Source: Chiloscyllium plagiosum
Taxonomy: Eukaryota
Direction of reading: 5' to 3'
Assembly: GCF_004010195.1 (NCBI RefSeq)
Contig: NC_057756.1
Span: forward strand, 1,447,345-1,467,344
DNA length: 20,000 nucleotides
Shown here piece after piece: positions 1 to 10,184 of the stretch; the stretch's first letter is position 1, and every line of letters starts with the position of its first letter. The notes under the pieces were generated by a model, which worked only from the letters and a program-made list of their open reading frames with translations, searched no databases and was not told the origin of the DNA. A program made the position numbers and the translations under genes.

Positions 1-257
1 GGGAAACTCCCCAAAACATTTTTTTGCACATCTATGGGGCCATCTGTCCAGATCCAATGCCTTGGCTCAGGAATGTTCCTTGTTCTTTTACCCTTAGCCA
101 GGGTTATCCACGAAACAAATCTTGTGAAGTCAATAGAAGAATTCTGATTGATGCTGAAAATGGTCCTTTCTTAAAAACCACCAGGTTGTCCATCTTGAGT
201 ACACAATTGGGGAATCCAGAAATTGCATTTCCAGTTAGGGGAAAGATACTCTGAAAC
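1..257 (-). pseudogene. Candidate decayed C-type lectin domain (CTLD) exon, running off the left edge
   Basis: On the minus strand after acceptor ...aaacctttcag (CAG at 258-260), CTLD motifs appear in order across frameshifts: TTT CCC CTA ACT GG (~CPLNW), AAA TGC AAT TTC (~KCYF), NCVLKMDNLVV (~C....LVV), FVSWITL (~WIGL), HWIWTDG (W-x-W-x-D-G), then MFWG after a 7-A run slip. It needs several indels and a stop, so it is at best a pseudo-exon. Confidence 0.45.
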
Positions 258-289
258 CTGAAAGGTTTCTTAAAATATTTACAAGGATA

Positions 290-830
290 AAACTCTGTTG
301 CGGCTGCACTTGGAGTATTGTGTACAATTCTGGTTGCCACATTATCAGAAAGATGCAGAAAATTGCAATGGGTGCAGAGGCGATTTACCAGGATGTTGCC
401 TGGTATGGAAGGAATGTCTTGTCAGGAAATGTTGAGGGACTTGAGGCTGTTTTCGTTAGAGAGAAGAAGATTGAGAGATTAGTTAATTGATGTGTACAAT
501 ATGATCAGTCGAATAGATAGGGTGGACAGTGAGAGCCTTTTTGCTCAGATGGTGGTGGTTACTATGAGGGGAGATTGCTTTAAATTGAGGGGTGATTATA
601 TATGGTAGATGTCAGAGGGAGTTTCTTTACTCAGAGAGTAGTCAGGGAGTGGAATGGCCTGTCTGCAACATTAGTGGACCCACCTACTTTAGTCCATGAT
701 CGTCGGATAAACAACTAGATGATAATGGAATAGTGCTGGTACGATGGGCTTCAGATTGGTTTCACAGGTTGGTGAAACATCGAAGGCCGAAAGGCCTGCA
801 CTGCACTGTAGTTTACTCTATTATGTGTTA
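290..830 (+). mobile_element. CR1 LINE 3' fragment (ORF2 C-terminus and 3' UTR), decayed
   Basis: cggctgcacttggagtattgtgtacaattctgg = R(P)HLEYCVQFW motif; FFTQRVV at ~622; 3' UTR closely resembles 4880-4984; short tandem tail. Confidence 0.9.
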
Positions 831-1290
831 TGATGTTGCCAGGATTGCAGGGTTTGAGCTGTAGGGACATGCTGATTATGCTGTGGCTATTTTCTCTACA
901 GCATCGGAGGCTGAGTAGCGACCTTTTAGAAGTTTAAAAAAATCATGTGCTGCATGCATTGGAAGAACAGCCAAGGTCTTTTCCCCAGCGTAGGTGAGTC
1001 TAAAACCACAGAGCATAGTTTTAAAGTGAGGGGAGAAGATTTCAATGCGTACCAAGGGATTACATTTTCATGCAATGGCCGGTGCGTGTACTGAAGGTGA
1101 TGCGGAATGGTGGAGGCTGGTACAATTGCAATATTAAGAAGGCAAATGAATGCTTATATGAATAGGAAATGTTCAGAAGGATTTGAGAAAAATGGGACGA
1201 GATAAATTTCGGATAGCTATTCGTCATAAGAGAGTTCGACCGAAGAGTCTGTTTCCATGCTCTACATTTCAAAATGCTATGAATCGATGA
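831..1290 (+). mobile_element. CR1 LINE 3' fragment of a different subfamily, decayed
   Basis: Starts at gatgttgccaggattgcagggtttgagctg (MLPGL.GLS); ends ...ccgaagagtctgtttccatgctcta...ctatga, a typical CR1 3' end. Confidence 0.8.
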
Positions 1291-1546
1291 GAGTTTCGTC
1301 TTTGAAATATGGCTGGGGCATTTTTCAAAACAACTTTAAGTTAAGATATTCTAAATCCCTTTATCTTTTGTCCGTGTTGCATTCAGTAATACCTAAATGA
1401 ATTCTGTTTTCATTCAAACCGAACTTTTAGGTCAAATGCATAACACCTGGAAAATACACTGTATACCTACTTAAAACAACTAGGAAAGTTAGGTTTAGGG
1501 CTACGCTCTTAAATTGTATTGATGGCGTCTGGTCTGGCTTTTAACA
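1291..1546 (+). repeat. 3' part of the 5' LTR of Ty3/gypsy copy 1
   Basis: Ends in ...gtctggtctggcttttaaca directly before a PBS. The end aligns by eye with the reverse complement of 9642-9705 (LTR of copy 2). The left boundary is approximate. Confidence 0.65.
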
Positions 1547-1549
1547 GAT

Positions 1550-1567
1550 TGGGGTCTTTTGCGGGAT
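1550..1567 (+). promoter_or_regulatory. Primer-binding site complementary to tRNA-Pro (degenerate)
   Basis: TGGGGTCTTTTGCGGGAT matches 14/18 of the tRNA-Pro PBS TGGGGGCTCGTCCGGGAT and lies 3 nt after the LTR-terminal TAACA. Confidence 0.75.
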
Positions 1568-1631
1568 TTCTGCTACAGTTGCGATTTATCGTTAGGTTTG
1601 CTGGACTCAAAGTCTGGTGCTTGGTGTAGTA

Positions 1632-3512
1632 ATGGAGTTTTCAGGCCCAAAGAGCTTCACGGGGATGGAAAAAGTGACTTTGATGGCTTAACAAAATATG
1701 AACAAGGAAAAACTGCTGAAATTCGCAGTCAAACTGGATTTGGAGCCGATTATTTCTGTGAGGAAAAGAGAGGTAATAACAGCAACAGCTCATCAGTCAA
1801 ATATGCTGGAAACGCAATTAGAATCTTTGGAGATGGCGAAAATTAAATTTAGAATGAAAAAGCAATAGAATAAAGAAAGAGAAAACATGAAACTGTCCGA
1901 ATTACGAATAAAAACAGTGGAAAGAGAAAGAAGAATGAAAGGCCCGATCAGAACAAAAAGAACAGGATGGATTCACTTTAGTAAAACAAAAAGAAGAGAG
2001 AGAAGAAAAAAGGAAAGGAAATGAGGAGAGAGCAAGGGAGCGAGAGGAGGGGAAGAAAGAGAGAGAGATTCAACTCCAGAAAATGGCAGTGAGACAGGAC
2101 AGTCATCTTTTAAGGATGGAGATGAAGGCTGTAGGTAACTTAGCGAGGAAGAGAGTGAGGATGTGCAAACCCATGGCAGCCCAGGCCTGGTAAGAATCTG
2201 TTTAAATACATTCGCACATTGTCAAAATTTGATAAGAAGAATGTGGAACACTTTTATCAGCTGATTTAAAAAGGGAACTAAACAAATGCAGTGACAAGTT
2301 ACCATGTGGGCTTTGTTGATCCAAATAAAACTTGTAGTTGGAGATAATGAAGTATTTGCATCACTCTCAGAGGCGGTATCTGGGGTGTCGAAGGAAGTGA
2401 TGAACGTCGTCATAAATGCATCATATGAAGTTGTGCCTGACGCCTACAGACAACATTTTAGAAATCTAAGAAGTGACCCGTGTCAAACATACAGTGAGTT
2501 GGAAAGTAGCATTGATCAGTGGAAGAGGGCATTAAAAGTAAAGCAAACATGAGATACTCTTAGAGAGACGGGTACTTCGGAGGGGTTGAACAATTCACTT
2601 CCTGAGGTAATGAGAACTCACGTAGAAGAGCAGACAGTTAAAACGGCAAGATTAACAGCCGAGATGGTTGATGATTATGAGATGGTTCAGAAGTCATAGT
2701 TTGGCTTCCTACATCAATGTCAATCCATGAGGGGCAGAAATTAAGGAAAAGCGAAATCCTTACATGATAAGGGAAAGGTAGATCTCAGTGAACATCGTAA
2801 AGTTAACTCTACGCAGGGTTAAAAGGAAACCCTTGAAAAGGAAAAAAAGAAGTTAAAATACTCCAATATATTCATTGGAAGAAAATAGACAACGAAGTTA
2901 CAATATTGGTGGTTTAGGAAAAGCACTGGGAAACACGATGAAGGAAAATAGTGTAAGCCAGTGAACGTTGTTGGAATGGTAACAGAAAGCACATTGGAGG
3001 CTAATATGCTGCACCAGAATGCACGACCTGGTTGGAGATTAGTTCAGGAGGAAGTGCCAGATCTTTTTAAACCATAGGCTTGCAAAAGTAAAGTTTACAA
3101 GCACAGGCCAGGAGCAGTAGGTGAAGAGGTTAGAATATTAAGAGATACAGGATCCACTCAATATTTGAGGTTGAACGATTAGGAGATATGTGCCTCTCAA
3201 AGACTATTGCCAGAAAAGGTACTAGCAATTGGAATTTATGGTGAAACAAGAAGCGCTTAATTCTGTTGCATGACTTTAGAGTTTCCAGTGAAGAATAGAG
3301 AATTTTTGGTCAGAGTTCTGAACAAAATCTAAGGTCCAGGAGTGCAATTTTTTCTCTGCAAACGACATATCTGCTTCACAGGTAGGAGTGCTGCCTTCTG
3401 CAGTTGAAATGCTACTGGAAATTCAAGCATATCCAGTGATATTTTAAATCCTGATTGTGCAGTAATGACGTCACAACGTCACAAGTTGAAACAGGAGAAA
3501 CGAAAGATTACA
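1632..3512 (+). mobile_element. Ty3/gypsy (Gmr1-like) copy 1: gag with SCAN-like capsid region, decayed CCHC knuckle and aspartic protease (pseudogenised)
   Basis: ATG at 1632 (MEFSGPKSFTGMEKVT..KEKLLK); E/R/K-rich coil at 1850-2080; WALLIQ..EVFASLSE..AS-YEVVPDAYRQHFRNLR (ORF 2304-2552); protease VRILRDTGSTQ at 3129-3161; G-VQF..NDI at ~3340-3370. Many stops and frameshifts. Confidence 0.85.
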
Positions 3513-5955
3513 GTGATCTCAACTCCCTGACCTTTGCTATAGTCATGGAGAGGGATAGGAGCAGACGGTATGGGAAAGTAATTGTGGAAGCAGAAATTAC
3601 AACGATATTAGCCAGGAACTGGGCCACCTAAATTGTGAACTGATGTTCTCATGGAAACTCATGACGGAAATGTGGAGGTAGTTTCGATAGCACTTGCTGG
3701 TAGTGCTGGACAAGTTTGTACCACTGAGGCAAGGAAGTGATGATAGGTTGAAAGTACCGTGGGTGACAGGGAATGTGGAACATCTAGTCAAGAGGAAGAA
3801 GGAAGCTGACTTAAGGTTAAGGAGTCAAGAATCACACAGGGCTCTAGAGTGTTACAAGGTAGCCAATCAGAAATGAAAAATGGACTTAGGAGAGCTCGAA
3901 CGGGCTCGGAAAAGCTTTAGCACATCAGATTCAGGAAAACCCTAAGGTATTCTACACTTACGTGAGGAACTGAAGGGACCTTGTGCCTGGAGTTGGAGAA
4001 GGTAGGGGCAGTCACTAATGAATACTTTGCTTCAGTGTTCGTGAGGGACATTAACGTTTGTGTGTACAGCGAGAAAATGACTGATATTCTCGAATAGGTT
4101 GATGGAAAGAAGGAGTATGTGCTGAAAATTTTGAAGAACCTAAGAATAGATGACGCTTGCTGGGCCAGATAGGATACAATCAAAGGTTTCTTTTACTGCA
4201 AGTGAGGGAGGAGATTGTGACACCTTTAACGATGCTCTTAGCGTCCTCCCTGTCAACTGGAGTAGTGCCATGATTGGAGGGTGGAAAATGTTCTTCACCT
4301 ATTCAAGAAAGGGAATAAGGATGACGATGGGAACTACAGACTAATCAGTCTTACGTCTGTGGTGAGAAAATTCTTGGAGACGATTTTGAGAGACAGGATA
4401 AATGATTACTTGAAAAATCATAACGTAATTAAAGATAGTCGGCATGGCTTTGTGAGGGGCGTATCATACATTACAAACATTAATTCATTATTTGAGGATG
4501 TGACAAAACACATTGATGAAGGTATTGCAGTGGTATGGTATACATGGATATTAGCAAGGCGTTTGATAACTTTCCCCATAGAAGTCTTTTTACAGAAAGT
4601 AAGGAGGCATGTCATGTAGAGAAACTAGCTGCCTGGATAAAGAATTGGCTGTCCCATAGAAGACAGAGTGCGGTGGTCAATGGAAAATATTCAGCCTGGA
4701 GCTTGGTGACCAGTGGTGCTCCGCAGGGAGCTGATAGTGATAGTTATAGGACAGATCTCACAAGTAGTTTCTTCACTCAGAGAGTGGTAGGGGTATAGGA
4801 CGCATTGCCTGCAACAGTAGTAGACTCGCCAATTTTAAGGGAATTTAAATTGTCATTGGATAAGTATATGGACGACAATGGAATAGTATAGGTTAGATGG
4901 GCTTCAGATTGGTTTCACAGGTCGGCATAACATCGAGTGCCGAAGGGCCTGTATTGTGCTGTAATGTTCTATGTTCTGTGTTCTTTGACCTTAGCTCTTT
5001 GTGATTTTTATAAATGACTTGAATTAGGAAGTAGAAGAGTGGGTTGTAAGTTTGCTAATGACCCGAAAGTTGTGGATTGGTGGATAGTGTGGAGGGTTGT
5101 AGTAGATTGCAGCAGAATATTGAAACATTGCAGAACAGGGCTCATAAGTGCAGATGGAATTGAACCTGGAAAAGTGTGAAGTGATGCATTTTGTACTAAT
5201 GATTTTGAATGTAGAATGCAAGGTTAAAGACAGGATTCTTGTCAGTTTGGAGGAACAGAGGGATTTTGTGGTCCATGTCCATAGATCCCCCGAAGTTGCC
5301 ATTCAAGTTGATAAGTTCACTAAGAAGTTGTATGTGTGTTGGCTTTCATTAATGGGGAATGAGCTTATTTATGAGCTGCAAGGTTATGCTGCAGCTCTAT
5401 CGAGTCCTGGTGAGATCACACTTGTAATACTGGTCCAGTTCTGGTCGTCACATTATAGGAAATATGTGGAGCTTTAGAGATGGTGCAGAGGGGACTTAAC
5501 TATTTTCTGCCTGGACTGGAGGGTATATCGTATGAAGTAAGGTTGAGGGAGCTATGCCTTTTCTCATTGGAATGAAGAAGGAGAACAGGTGAATTGTTGG
5601 AGGTGTAAAAAGTGATGAGAGGCTTTTGGACAGTGGACAGCCAGAAAACATTTCCTCGGACAGAAATGGCTATCACGAGGGGAATGAATTTCAGATGATT
5701 GGGGGTAGATTTTGGGGAGATGTCAGGGCTAGGTTGTTTACACAGAGAGTGCTGGGTACATGGAATGCATTACCGGCGGTGTAGCAGAGTCAGATGCACA
5801 GGCGACACTTAAATGACTGTTGTAAAGACACACGGAAAACAGTACAATGAAGGCTATATATGTTAGCTTGAACTTACAGTAGGATGAAAGTTCATCGAGA
5901 GGCGAAGAGTCTGTCCTCTGCCATACTCTTCTATGTTCCATGTTCTCTGTTCTAT
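3513..5955 (+). mobile_element. 5'-truncated CR1 LINE (post-endonuclease region, RT, 3' UTR) inserted in the gypsy pol region
   Basis: NEYFASVF at ~4017; LFKKGNKDDDGNYRLISLTSVV (ORF 4281-4619); YMDISKAFD and SGAPQG (ORF 4535-4798); KFANDPK (decayed FADD) at ~5048; CEVMHF; ctatgttc-type tail ending ~5955. Confidence 0.92.
4733..4984 (+). mobile_element. Short CR1 3' fragment nested inside the RT of the 3513-5955 CR1
   Basis: The host reading GAPQGA breaks into FFTQRVV, a 3' UTR and a (ctatgtt)n tail, then resumes with L..LFVIFINDL at ~4985. Same 3' UTR family as 290-830. Confidence 0.88.
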
Positions 5956-6639
5956 GTGGAAGTAAGTTGCGAAGTACTAACCTACTGAGGCATGATGCAA
6001 ATATAGCAAATGCTGCTCCCATTGAGCAATGTCCTCAAAAGCCTAACCCTCTAAAATTAACATCTGTTCAAAAGGAGATTTAAACATGCTCCAAGTGGAC
6101 GTATTCAAAGTGCGTTGCATTGACTGAAGCTCAAGATTAGTAATGGTGCCAAAGGTTATGTGTGGACTATCGCCAAGTCACTGCAGTTGCAACGACTGAT
6201 GCACATCTCATTTGGAAGACGGTATTGAATAGGTGGGACAAAAAAACCCTATATGTCTGAGCTGAACTTGCTCAAATGATACTGGCAGGTATCTTTATCT
6301 GAAAGACACACGTTAGTTTTGGTTTCAAAACGTCGAGTAAACTGCATTAACTAAAGTCAAGCCATTTGGTTTGAATAAACTGCGCCAATCACATTTCAAA
6401 GACTAACCAATAAGGTCATTTACGAATTTCTCAGTTTTGTGAAATCCATTCATGACCTCCAGATTCTTAGTCACACATGAAGGTGCATTTGTTCGAACGA
6501 CTTTGGGAGGCAGGCTTGGTAATAAACCAGGCTCAAAGTGAATTTGCTAAAGCCCATGTCACCTTTTTGGGCCATGATAATTGAGATGGACAAACATGGA
6601 ATGCAAAAAAAAGGTAGTTGGTGAGTTTCCCAAAAGATC

Positions 6640-6952
6640 GGCGGTACGGTGGCACAGTGGTTAGCACTGCTGCCTCACAACACCAGAGACCCGGGTTCCA
6701 TTCCCGCCTCAGGTGACTGACTGTGTGGAGTTTGCACGTCCTCCCCGTGTCTGCGTGGGTTTCCTCCGGTAGCTCCGGTTTCCTCCCACTGGCCAAAGAT
6801 GTGCAGGTCAGGTGAATTGGCCATGCTAAATTGCCCGTAGTGTTAGGTAAGGGTTACATATAGGGGTATGGGTGAGTTGCGCTTCGGCGAGGCGGTGAGG
6901 ACTTGTTGGGCCGAAGGGCCTGTTTCCACATTGTAAGTAATCTAATCTAATC
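6640..6952 (+). mobile_element. HE1-like tRNA-derived V-SINE, near full length and well preserved
   Basis: A box tggcacagtgg and B box ggttccattcc; V-domain gtgtggagtttgcacgtcctccccgtgtctgcgtgggtttcctccgg; CR1-like tail gggccgaagggcctgtttcc ending in (taatc)3. Inserted in the gypsy RT. Confidence 0.93.
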
Positions 6953-6990
6953 GACAAAAAAGAGCAGTTCTGTGATTCCAGGGATTGAGT

Positions 6991-7180
6991 GTACAAAGAT
7001 AAAAATCACACAACACCGGTTATAGTCCAATGGATTTAATTGGAAGGACTAGCTTTTGGAGGGCCGCTCGTTCATCAGCTGTGAAAGCTAATACTTCCAA
7101 TTAAACCTGTTGGAGTGTAACCTGGTGTTGTGTCATTTTTAACTTTGTGCATTCCAGTCCAACACCGGCATCTGCAATAT
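6991..7180. mobile_element. Short Penelope-derived inverted pseudo-LTR element with a 10-bp target-site duplication
   Basis: Exact GGGATTGAGT at 6981-6990 and 7181-7190; imperfect inverted arms of ~65 bp (6991-7056 vs 7084-7150); 30-nt unpaired tail; CTGATGA core on the minus strand at 7072-7078. Confidence 0.8.
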
Positions 7181-7851
7181 GGGATTGAGTAGATTTTGTG
7201 CTAAATTCGTACCAAGTTTTTGCAGTGTGGCTGCTCCATTCATTGATTTACTAAGGAAAGGCAAGCAGTTTCAATGGACAGCGGAGACTCAGAAAACATT
7301 TGACATCCTGGAAGCCGTGTTAACCACTGCCCCTTTTTAGCGACATCCAAGTATGCAAAGCCATTCAATTTGACTGTTGTTAGTTATGTTGTTGGTGCTA
7401 TGTTCATACAGGAAAGCAATGAGAAGAAAGAAAGACCTGTCGGGTATTTGTCAGGAACTTGAACATCTGTGAGCAGAAATATTCGAGAGTTATAAAGGAG
7501 ACTTTCAGCTTGCAACATTTCAAAATTTATGCACCCAGGAATGTATCTGCGACAATCATATGCACTGATTATATTCCATTGAAGTTTGCATCGAAATTTA
7601 CCGTCAAGAATTCCAGAGTATTTCGTTGGAGCTTGTTGTCATAACCATTGAATTTGAAAATTGCATATTTCGCAGGACGAGAAAACATAATTACTGATAC
7701 ATTGTCAATGGGATGAGAAACAGAGGCCTGTGATAGCAGGAATCAATGGACTAAAGCAGAATGTAGTAGTACAAGTTCGCATGTAATATGTATGTGTTAT
7801 AGTATATTAAGAGTGTAATATTAAGAGGTTTTTAAATGAAGCAACGTTTGG

Positions 7852-9492
7852 ATATTGATGTATCTTTTTCTCTTTTCTGCTCCTTTCAACATGTTTGCGC
7901 AAAACTTACCGTCGGAAATAATTTATGGCATTTTCTTCTGAACGAACCCCTAACCATGTTGTATAGACTGCGGCAGCATTTTATCTTGGGCAGTCCTTTC
8001 CTTTACCACTTTAACAGAACTCACATCCGTCTTCCCAATGTTTTCTCTAAACCACAAACACTGTGACTTCTTTGACCTTTTAATTATGGTGAAAATATCT
8101 CAGCTGATGTACTTGCCTTTGCTCCTCATAGGTTTCCTTTTAACTCCATGGTGAACTATCTCTACTACCTTTAGTGCGAACTCATTCTCATTTAAACTTG
8201 AGGATTTCTCTTTTTCCCCATTTCTATCCCTCCAGGATTGATTTAGAAGTCAAACTTTGATTTATGAATGTGTTCATAATCGCCTGCCATTTCGACTTCT
8301 ATACATGCAATCTTGCATTTCTGTTCTTCCAAATGAGTTCCCAATACTACAGGAAGTGATTTTTTTGGATTGCTCCAAAACTTTCATCTCTCTGACAACG
8401 TCATGTGTTTGATCGATTTTCAGTGTTCTTATCTCATAATCAAAATTAATGTGGGTGATCCTTTCAAGTGTATATTTGACCAGGTTCCCTCCTTTGATTC
8501 CTGAATGGTTGTGTGTAGGATTTTGGTACTAGCTGATATGCATTTTAGGGTTTAGGGTGAGATGAGAAAGATTTGGAAGGGAACTAAGGGGCAAGTGTTT
8601 CATGCAAAGGGCGTTGCTTGTTTGCAATGAGCTGCCGGGAAAGTGGTGAATTACAACAATGAAATGCATCTGGATGGATGCACGAATAGGAAGAATTGAG
8701 AGCGCTATCGGCTAAGTGCTTGCAAAAGGGATTGGATTAATTTCGAATATGTGTTCATTATGGACGAGTTAGACTGAATGGCCTAATTTCATCCTATATG
8801 TTTCTATGAAAATATGACTTAAGATGGTTTTCTTTACTTTCCAATTCTCCACAGATACCTTCTCTGATATTGATGCAAATACCTCACTACTTCTAACTCC
8901 CAGCTTTGGTTCGACCAATAATATCCACCGGATGACCATCCATTTCATTTGTTCAGACAAATCCTCACAAATGAAATAGATATCTACATGCTACTCTTTG
9001 AACACAACCAGATTTTTGGCAATCGTAAGTTTGCTCATCATCAACATCCTCTTCATGAAGCGTACCTTCTACAGTCGCCTCCGCCCATTTACATATGCCT
9101 TCCACTATTTTCAAGAACTTTTAACGTTCAGGTTATCTTTCTTTCTGCTTTTCTTCCCTCTGTTTCTCCTTTTCTTCTCTTTCTTTAAGCGCTTCATCTG
9201 CTTTCAATCGTAATTCAAGCTATTTAATTTCTCTTTCTCTTTCTTTTGCCTCTAATTCAAACTTCTTTATTTTCAATTGACTTCTAACCATTTCCAAAAA
9301 TTCCGATGGCATTCCTGGAAATTGTACATGCTGCACAATTGTCATAAGTATCTCCCTTGTCTCCCATATTCTGGCAAATCCAACTCCAGCTTGTCTGTCA
9401 TTTTCCAAAAGTCTTGCCTTTCTCCAATCCTGCAAAACTCCCGAAGTGTTTTCTTCCACTCCGCTGAAACTCTTAGTAACCGAACCAGCCAT
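7852..9492 (-). mobile_element. Ty3/gypsy (Gmr1-like) copy 2: gag, truncated just before the protease active site
   Basis: ORF 9220-9492 (MAGSVTKSFSGVEE..KARLLE) parallels the copy 1 gag start; ORF 8769-8960 WILLV..EVFASISE..VKKTILS; AYQLVP at ~8525-8541; decayed knuckle at ~8055-8100. Confidence 0.85.
8541..8811 (+). mobile_element. CR1 3' fragment nested in the gag of gypsy copy 2
   Basis: gtttagggtgagatgagaaagatttg...tttcatgcaaagggcgtt...tttctatga is a CR1 3' end. It splits the gag ILS/AY motif; atatg is repeated at 8536-8540 and 8812-8816 (possible short TSD). Confidence 0.8.
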
Positions 9493-9641
9493 TATTACTC
9501 AAGGCAACCGCTTTCTAAACGAACCAAATTCTATATACAAAACAAAAGATACAAACATTTACCACTCGCTGTCTTTGAGTCCAACAACCTGAGCCCAATC
9601 TGGAATGAGAGCTTGTTATCGTGACAAGAGTTTGTAATTCA

Positions 9642-10145
9642 TTTTAGACCTGACCAGACACCCCGAAACATAATACCAACGTAGCTTAGGCCCTAACGTT
9701 TCTATGTGCCACAGATAAAATTCGATTGGTCAAACTACTCAACATTAAGCAACACAAAATCATTCAACACTAAATAGTTAAAATGCAACAAAAGAAAGAG
9801 AAACGTGTAATATCATAACTCTATCGGATATATTCGTAGAAAACAAATACATATTTTAAAGCTAAATATGAGCTGTTGCAGTACAGCAACATTCCATAAA
9901 AACACCCTTGGCGAAAAGACAAATTCAGAAAAAAAAAAACAGCTTTGCTCACGTCCAATCCTACAAGGCAGAAAGACCACCAAAAGAGTTGGCCACACCC
10001 AGTTAGGCTCCTTGTTCGGACTTCCAAAAAAATCTTATCCTCTCAAGCTGTTTCTCTCCTCATAGGCAGCTCAGCACTTGAACCCCAATCTCTTCCTAAA
10101 TGAAAATAGAAAGAAAACCTTTTTTACTGCCACTGCATCGTCACA
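9642..10145 (-). repeat. 5' LTR of gypsy copy 2 (~500 bp)
   Basis: Minus strand starts TGTGACGATGCAGTGG at 10145; its 3' end aligns with the copy 1 LTR end (gtctggtc...taaca, here taaaa) and is followed by a leader sharing tggactcaaag with copy 1. Confidence 0.7.
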
Positions 10146-10184
10146 CAGGGTAGGTCATATAAAGTACTTCAACTGACCTATGTC

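Larger units (their letters stand above)
5956..7860 (+). mobile_element. Ty3/gypsy copy 1 continued: reverse transcriptase, RNase H, stop and 3' UTR (pseudogenised, two insertions)
   Basis: TNLLRHD..API.Q.P..NP.K..VQKEI; LCVDYRQV; YWQVSL; PFGL..AP.TFQRL; HVTFLGH; FQWTAETQKTF; KPF; AGRENIITDTLSMG* (stop 7714-7716), similar to G..NV.AD.LSR. No integrase follows the RNase H. Confidence 0.88.

Noticed and set aside
1980..2070. GA-rich low-complexity tract (mirrored by the TC-rich tract at 9135-9250)
   Set aside because: It encodes the E/R/K-rich coil of the gag in each copy; not an independent satellite.
6653..6659. CACAGTG heptamers (also 11618-11624, and CACTGTG at 8059-8065) as possible V(D)J recombination signals
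   Set aside because: They lie in SINE heads or the gypsy gag and lack a properly spaced nonamer.
6640..6712. tRNA-like sequence with A and B boxes
   Set aside because: It is the head of a SINE, continuing into a V-domain and LINE-like tail; not a tRNA gene.
8543..8557. TTTAGGG x2 telomere-like repeat
   Set aside because: Only two units, at the 5' edge of a CR1 fragment whose own sequence reads gtttagggtgaga.
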